DNA of 28,419 nt. Source: Chiloscyllium plagiosum (Eukaryota). The stretch is taken from assembly GCF_004010195.1 (NCBI RefSeq), contig NC_057755.1, positions 12,756,142 to 12,784,560 on the forward strand, read 5' to 3'. The position numbers and the translations under genes are program-made. Of the stretch, positions 23,451-28,419 are shown piece by piece (positions within the stretch are counted from its first letter, which is position 1; every line of letters begins with the position of its first letter). Under the pieces are notes generated by a model. It saw nothing but the letters and a program-made list of their open reading frames with translations, was not told where the DNA came from and did no database searches.

Positions 23451-23532
23451 ATATATGTTTAGATATGCACACACACCCAATGATCCCTTAATTGACACTT
23501 AACCATGATCTGTTCCCTTGCCCTGCCCCTGC

Positions 23533-23787
23533 CAGAAGGGAGTTAATAGTCAACCAAATTACTGTAGGTCTGGAGTCACATGATGGCCAGACCAGATAAC
23601 GACAGCAATTTCCTTCTCTAAAGGACTTCAGTGAAGCAGATTTCCTGGCAATTGACAATGGTTTCATCATCAGACTGAATTCCAGATTTTTATTGAATTC
23701 AAAATCCACCATCTGCAGGGGCAAGAATTGAACTCAGGTGTCTGAACAATTACCTGGTTCTCTGAATTAATAGTCTAGTGATAATAC
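23533..23787 (-). mobile_element. SacSINE1-like DeuSINE
   Basis: Minus strand: tRNA-like head with B box gagttcaattc, then gaattcaataaaaatctggaatt, then Deu domain gaaggaaat..tggtctggcc..catgtgactccagacc..ggttgact (family recalled). Confidence 0.75.
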
Positions 23788-24482
23788 TTTAAGGAAGGAA
23801 ATTTGCCATCCTTACTTGGTCTGGTCTACATGTGCTTCCAGAACCAGAGCAATGTGGTTGACTCTTCACTGCCCTTTGAGATGGTTGAGCAAACCAGACA
23901 GTGATATCAAATTGCTTAAAAGTCTCAAAGGAATGAACCCGTTTAGAGCACCTGGTGTCAATCCAGAAATCAGAAACAACAATGGCAAACACAGCCCTGC
24001 AATGTCCTCCTTACTGAGGTCTGGGGATGAGTGTCAAAATTGGGAGTGCTGCCTCACAAACTAGTCAATCAACAGCCTGTCATAGTCATACTCCCAGAAT
24101 CATACCTTATAGAAAATGTCCCAGACACCGCCATCACCATCTCTGGATATGTCCCGTTCCACTGGCTAGACAGACCTAGCACAATGGTATGGAGTCGGTA
24201 GGGGACTTGCCCTGGGAGTCCTCAACATTGACTCTGGATGCAACAACGTCTCATTGCACCTGGTCAAACATGGACAAGGAACCTCTTGCTCATTACCACA
24301 TATCACACAACCCACTCCCACCTTGGCTGATGAATCAGGATGCCTCTATGTTGAATAACACTTGGAGGAAGCACTGAAAATGACAAGGGTGCAACATGTA
24401 CTCTGGATGGGGGATTTAAATGTCCATCACCCAAGAGTGACTCTGCAGCAGCACTACTGATTGAGCTGGCCGGGTCCTAAAG
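23788..24482 (+). mobile_element. Deu domain followed by L2/CR1-clade LINE endonuclease remnant
   Basis: Deu domain 23788-23900, then KLGVLPHKLVNQQPVIVILPESYL and VLWMGDLNVHH remnants. Confidence 0.7.
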
Positions 24483-24484
24483 TA

Positions 24485-24768
24485 CATTTTTAAAATTCAT
24501 TCGTGGGAGGTGGGCTTTGTTGGTTGATTCTGAGTTGCCCTTCAGAAGGTGGTGGTGAGCTGCCTTCTTGAACCACTGGAGTCCACATGCTGTAGGTTGA
24601 CAATACCATTAGAGAGGGAATTTCAAGATTTTTGACTGAGCAACAATGAAGGAAGGATGGTGAGTGGCTTGGAAGGGAGCTTGAAGATGGTGGTGTTCCT
24701 TGTGTCTACTGCCCTTGTCCTTCCAAATGGAAGTGGTCATAGATATTGGAAGGTGCTGTCTAAGGATT
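24485..24768 (-). mobile_element. L2/CR1-clade LINE 3' UTR
   Basis: Reverse-complement similarity to 2400-2460 and 2975-3236. Confidence 0.7.
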
Positions 24769-24786
24769 TTTGTTTTGGTTTTTTTT

Positions 24787-25098
24787 GATTAGATTACTTT
24801 ACAGTGTGGAAACAGGCCCTTCAGCCCAACAAGTCCACACCGACCCACCGAAGCGCAACCCACCCATACCCCTACATTTACCCCTTACCTAACACTACGG
24901 ACAATTTAGCATGGTCAATTCACCTGACCTGCACATCTTTGGACTGTGGGAGGAAACCGGAGCACCCGGAGGAAACCCACGCAGACACGGGGAGAATGTG
25001 CAAACTCCACACAGTCAGTCGCCTGAGGTGGGAAGTGAACCCGGGTCTCTGGTGCTGTGAGGCAGCAGTGCTAACCACTGTGCCACCGTGCCGCCCAC
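24787..25098 (-). mobile_element. HE1-like V-SINE
   Basis: Minus strand gggcggcacggtggcacagtggttagcactgctgcctcacagc, V domain and CR1-like tail. Confidence 0.9.
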
Positions 25099-25099
25099 C

Positions 25100-25263
25100 A
25101 ACAGTTACTCTGTTTAAAAGACATTTAGGTAAATACATAAATAAGAAAGGTTTGGAGGGATACAGGCCTAGCACAGGCAGGTGGGACTAGTTTAATTTGG
25201 AATTATGATCGGCCTGGACTAGTTGGACTGAAGTATCTGCTTCTGTGCTGTATGACTCTATAT
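25100..25263 (+). mobile_element. CR1 3' tail
   Basis: tttaaaagacattt...ctgtatgactctat, similar to 9780-9938. Confidence 0.8.
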
Positions 25264-25658
25264 GCTTTCATATTTCTCTTGGCACAGCAGGCATGTCCCC
25301 TCAATGTCCTTTATAGCAGGAGGTATCACCTAGGCCATGCTAGAAATGGACAGAAGCACAGGCACCACCATTTTCAGAGCTTCTAAATCACCAGAATCAA
25401 ACGCGATGTGTCAGCCCGACTTCTCAGGGTCTCCCTATTTCAGACAGGAGCTCTGTTAAATCTGTTACACCCACTGAAATCCTGAGTCTGAAAGTGACAA
25501 ATTGCTGAACAAGTGGCGTTTCTGAATAGTTCTCAGATTGATTCATGCATCTGAGACACAATCATTAGATAGTCACTGGCAATATAACAGTTTGATTTTT
25601 GTTTATATCCCAAAATGGGCTTGATAAAGGATCCTGATCTGAAAATATATAAGCTAAA

Positions 25659-25962
25659 AGGGCATCATGGTGGCCCAGTGGTTAGCACTGCTGCCTCACA
25701 GCGCCAGGAATCTGGGTTCGATTCCCGCATCAGGACACTGTCTGTGTGGAGTTTGCACATTCTCCCCATGTCTGTGTGGGTTTCCTCCCACAATACAAAA
25801 ATGTGCAGGTCAGGTGAATTGACCATGTTAAATTGCCCATAGTTTAGACCCATTAGTCAGGGGTAAATGTAAGGGAATGGGTCTGGGTGGGTTACTCTTC
25901 AGAGGGTCAGTGTGGACTTGCTGGGCTGAAGGGCCTGTTTCCACACTATAGGCAATCTAATA
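25659..25962 (+). mobile_element. HE1-like V-SINE
   Basis: A box tggcccagtgg, B box gggttcgattcc, V domain and tail. Confidence 0.9.
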
Positions 25963-26478
25963 AAACAAATTCTGCCTTGATAAATCTGTTTTACGATAGA
26001 CTGTACACTGTCTATCATAGGTACTATTGATTTCACTTTGTTCTTGCTGTCAGTGCGTGAGATGTGAGCAAGTAAGAACAGATGTTTGTGTGTGAATTAA
26101 ATATAGCACTTAAGACAGTACAATCAGCAACTTAGAAATTGATGTTAATGCAAATGGGAATGGTTATTGCTGTTTCATTAATACATAGGGTATAGAGCAA
26201 ATATTAGAGAGCAAATAAGGGAGAAATGTTTCCTGTGCTAAAAGGGTCAGTATCAAGGGGACTCAGATTTAAGATAATTGACCAAACAGCCAGAGGCGAT
26301 GTGAGAACACAATGTCATATACAGGAAGATATTATATATAAACCTCTCTGCAGTGGCTCGAAGGGCCATGGAGGATGATCCAATAGTATTAGCTGATTAT
26401 GTGTTGGAGAACAAAAATCGGAGGGGTATGCAGAAAAACGAAGTGCAGTGAAGTGAAGTGGATTGTAGTACCAAATAG

Positions 26479-26600
26479 GAGAAAGTGAGAACTGCAGATG
26501 CTGGAGATTCCTGAAGAAGGGCTCATGCCCGAAACGTCAATTCTCCTGTTTCTTGGATGCTGCCTGACCTGCTGCGCTTTTCCAGAAACACATTTTCAGC
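26479..26600. mobile_element. 122-bp PLE family-1 mini-element with internal inversion and perfect 15-bp TSD
   Basis: TSD tgtagtaccaaatag at 26464-26478 and 26601-26615. Confidence 0.9.
26506..26543 (+). ncRNA. Minimal type-I hammerhead ribozyme motif, intact core
   Basis: CTGAAGA 26511-26517, a-[gggc tcat gccc], GAAA 26531-26534, C-GTC 26535-26538; stem I is weak. Confidence 0.62.
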
Positions 26601-26734
26601 TGTAGTACCAAATAGCCAATACAATAATAGTGGACTCAATACTGAGGTCAGGGCTGACCAGAACTGGACACAGGCTTAATGTGGGTCTGACTGAACCACT
26701 GGGCACAGGGGTTGGTATGGGTCTGACTGAAATA

Positions 26735-27195
26735 CATGCAAGGTGCTACATTTTGGGAAAGCAAATCTCAGCAGGACTTATACACTTAATGGTAAGGTCC
26801 TAGGGAGTGTTGCTGAACAAAGAGACCTTGGAGTGCAGGTTCATAGCTCCTTGAAAGTGGAGTCGCAGGTAGATAGGATAGTGAAGAAGGTGTTTGGTAT
26901 GCTTTCCNNNNNNNNNNNNNNNNNNNNNNNNNNNNNNNNNNNNNNNNNNNNNNNNNNNNNNNNNNNNNNNNNNNNNNNNNNNNNNNNNNNNNNNNNNNNN
27001 NNNNNNNNNNNNNNNNNNNNNNNNNNNNNNNNNNNNNNNTTGAGAGGCATTTGGATGGGTATATGAATAGGAAGGGTTTGGAGGGATATGGGCCGGTGCT
27101 GGCAGGTGGGACTAGATTGGGTTGGGATATCTGGTCGGCATGAACGGGTTGGACCGAAGGGTCTGTTTCCATGCTGTACACCTCTATGACTCTAA
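26735..27195 (+). mobile_element. CR1 3' part spanning a gap
   Basis: VLHFGKAN..EQRDLGVQVHSSLKV; tail ctctatgactcta. Confidence 0.88.
26908..27039. other. Assembly gap (132 N)
   Basis: Run of n. Confidence 1.
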
Positions 27196-27897
27196 GAAGG
27201 GTATAAATAGCATGAATTAGAAGGCACATTTGACATTAGTAAAATGATCAATAAACAGGTGTCATACGTTTAAGGTAAGAGATAAAAAGCTAAGAATTGA
27301 GAGATTGTTTTTCCCTAAAAAAATGGTGTGAGTCCAGAACTCATTGCTTGAAAAGTTACTCTCGTAACATTTATTCAGTATTGAGCTAGTCACTTGTATT
27401 GTCATAGCCTCCAGGGCCATAAGGCAAAAGCTTGAAAATGGGATTAGTGCGGTCAGATATTTGTTGATTGGCATGGACTCAATGAATGGCTTCCAGGTGT
27501 GCTGTAACTGCTTATGAGACTTTGATTATTGAGGGACATTGATTCAAATTAGTGGAAGATAATTTCAGGACTGATATAATTGAGCCTTCATACAAAACGT
27601 TAACAAATTCATGGAGTCATTTATGGTACAGAGGCAGGCCAGTCAGCCTATGAGATACATGCCAGCTCTCTGTGCAACAATTCAGTCAGATGCAATCTTC
27701 TGCTTGTTCACCATAACCGTGGAAATTTGCTTCCTTTAAGTGGCCATCTAATTCTCTTTTCGAACAATTGAATGTCCGTGAGTTTCAGGCCATTACCACT
27801 TGACATAAAAAAGTTATTCATTGCCATCCCACCCTTCCCAGAACTCTTGCCCAAAGCCTGAAAGCAGTGTTTCCTAAAAGGAACACCATTCTTAATC

Positions 27898-27965
27898 GAA
27901 AATAAGAACAGAAATTGTGGTAGGAACTCAGCAGGTGTGGCAGTATCTGTGGACAGAAAAACAGG
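27898..27965 (-). mobile_element. PLE family-3 terminal fragment
   Basis: aacagaaatt..gaactcagcaggt.tggcag.atctgtgga.agaaa resembles 15247-15300. Confidence 0.65.
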
Positions 27966-28132
27966 GATGAAGCCTACAGGAGGTTTGGCAAAGTGTGCGT
28001 TGCATCTGAATTTTCCCTTGAGGCCTAGCAAGATTTCTCATCATAACTTCCCACATATTGCACCTCACTTACTACCTACCCCAATCAGTGGCATGCCTCA
28101 TGACCAAGAAAACGTAGCAAGTCTTTTGAGCA

Positions 28133-28419
28133 AGAGCTGAAAAATGTGTTGCTGGAAAAGCGCAGCAGGTCAGGCAGCATCCAAGGAGCAGGAGAGTCGA
28201 TGTTTCGGGCATAAGCCCTTCTTCAGGAATGAGGAGGGTGTGCCGAGCAGGCTAAGATAAAAGGTAGGGAGGAGGGACTTGGAGGAGGGGCGTTGGGAAT
28301 GCGATAGGTGGAAGGAGATTAAGGTGAGGGTGATAGGCCGGAGAGGGGGTGGGGGCGGAGAGGTCGGGAAGAAAATTGCAGGTCAAGAAGGCGGTGCTGA
28401 GTCTGAGGGTTGGGACTGA
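28133..28419 (-). mobile_element. PLE family-1 3' end running off the window, with hammerhead core
   Basis: Minus strand CTGAAGA (28226-28220), gggc ttat gccc, GAAA (28206-28203); C-rich 3' UTR similar to 1860-1990. Confidence 0.88.

Noticed and set aside
26650..26732. Repeated gggtctgactgaa units as a CRISPR-like array
   Set aside because: Only about two degenerate ~36-bp tandem units in eukaryotic DNA; a simple minisatellite remnant.
14860..28419. Tachykinin receptor exon 2
   Set aside because: No YMAIIHP/LAFPQ-type coding found; ORF 27708-28031(-) is repeat-derived.

Overview
Vertebrate, almost certainly shark (elasmobranch), intronic DNA, inferred from HE1-like V-SINEs, a SacSINE1-like DeuSINE and esterase-bearing CR1 LINEs. 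The only host coding sequence I can support is one 151-nt minus-strand exon (14697-14847) of a tachykinin receptor (exon 3, TM5-ICL3; most likely TACR2). Its neighbouring exons are not visible. Most of the rest is nested, decayed retroelements: CR1 LINEs, an L2/CR1-clade LINE, SINEs, a probable solo LTR, a Gypsy fragment, and many Penelope-like elements (PLEs) of at least three families whose termini carry minimal hammerhead ribozyme cores. There are two N gaps. The most notable structure is a ~1.9 kb inversion (~9113-11026). Its breakpoints lie inside two non-homologous PLEs, shown by two perfect target-site duplications (TSDs) in swapped, inverted positions and a CR1 split into opposite orientations. 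Also notable are a 122-bp twin-priming-like hammerhead mini-element, a tRNA-Tyr 3'-half/trailer/SINE chimera, and a Deu domain leading straight into a LINE ORF. Repeat boundaries are by eye and approximate unless TSDs are given; family names come from memory, not from a database search.
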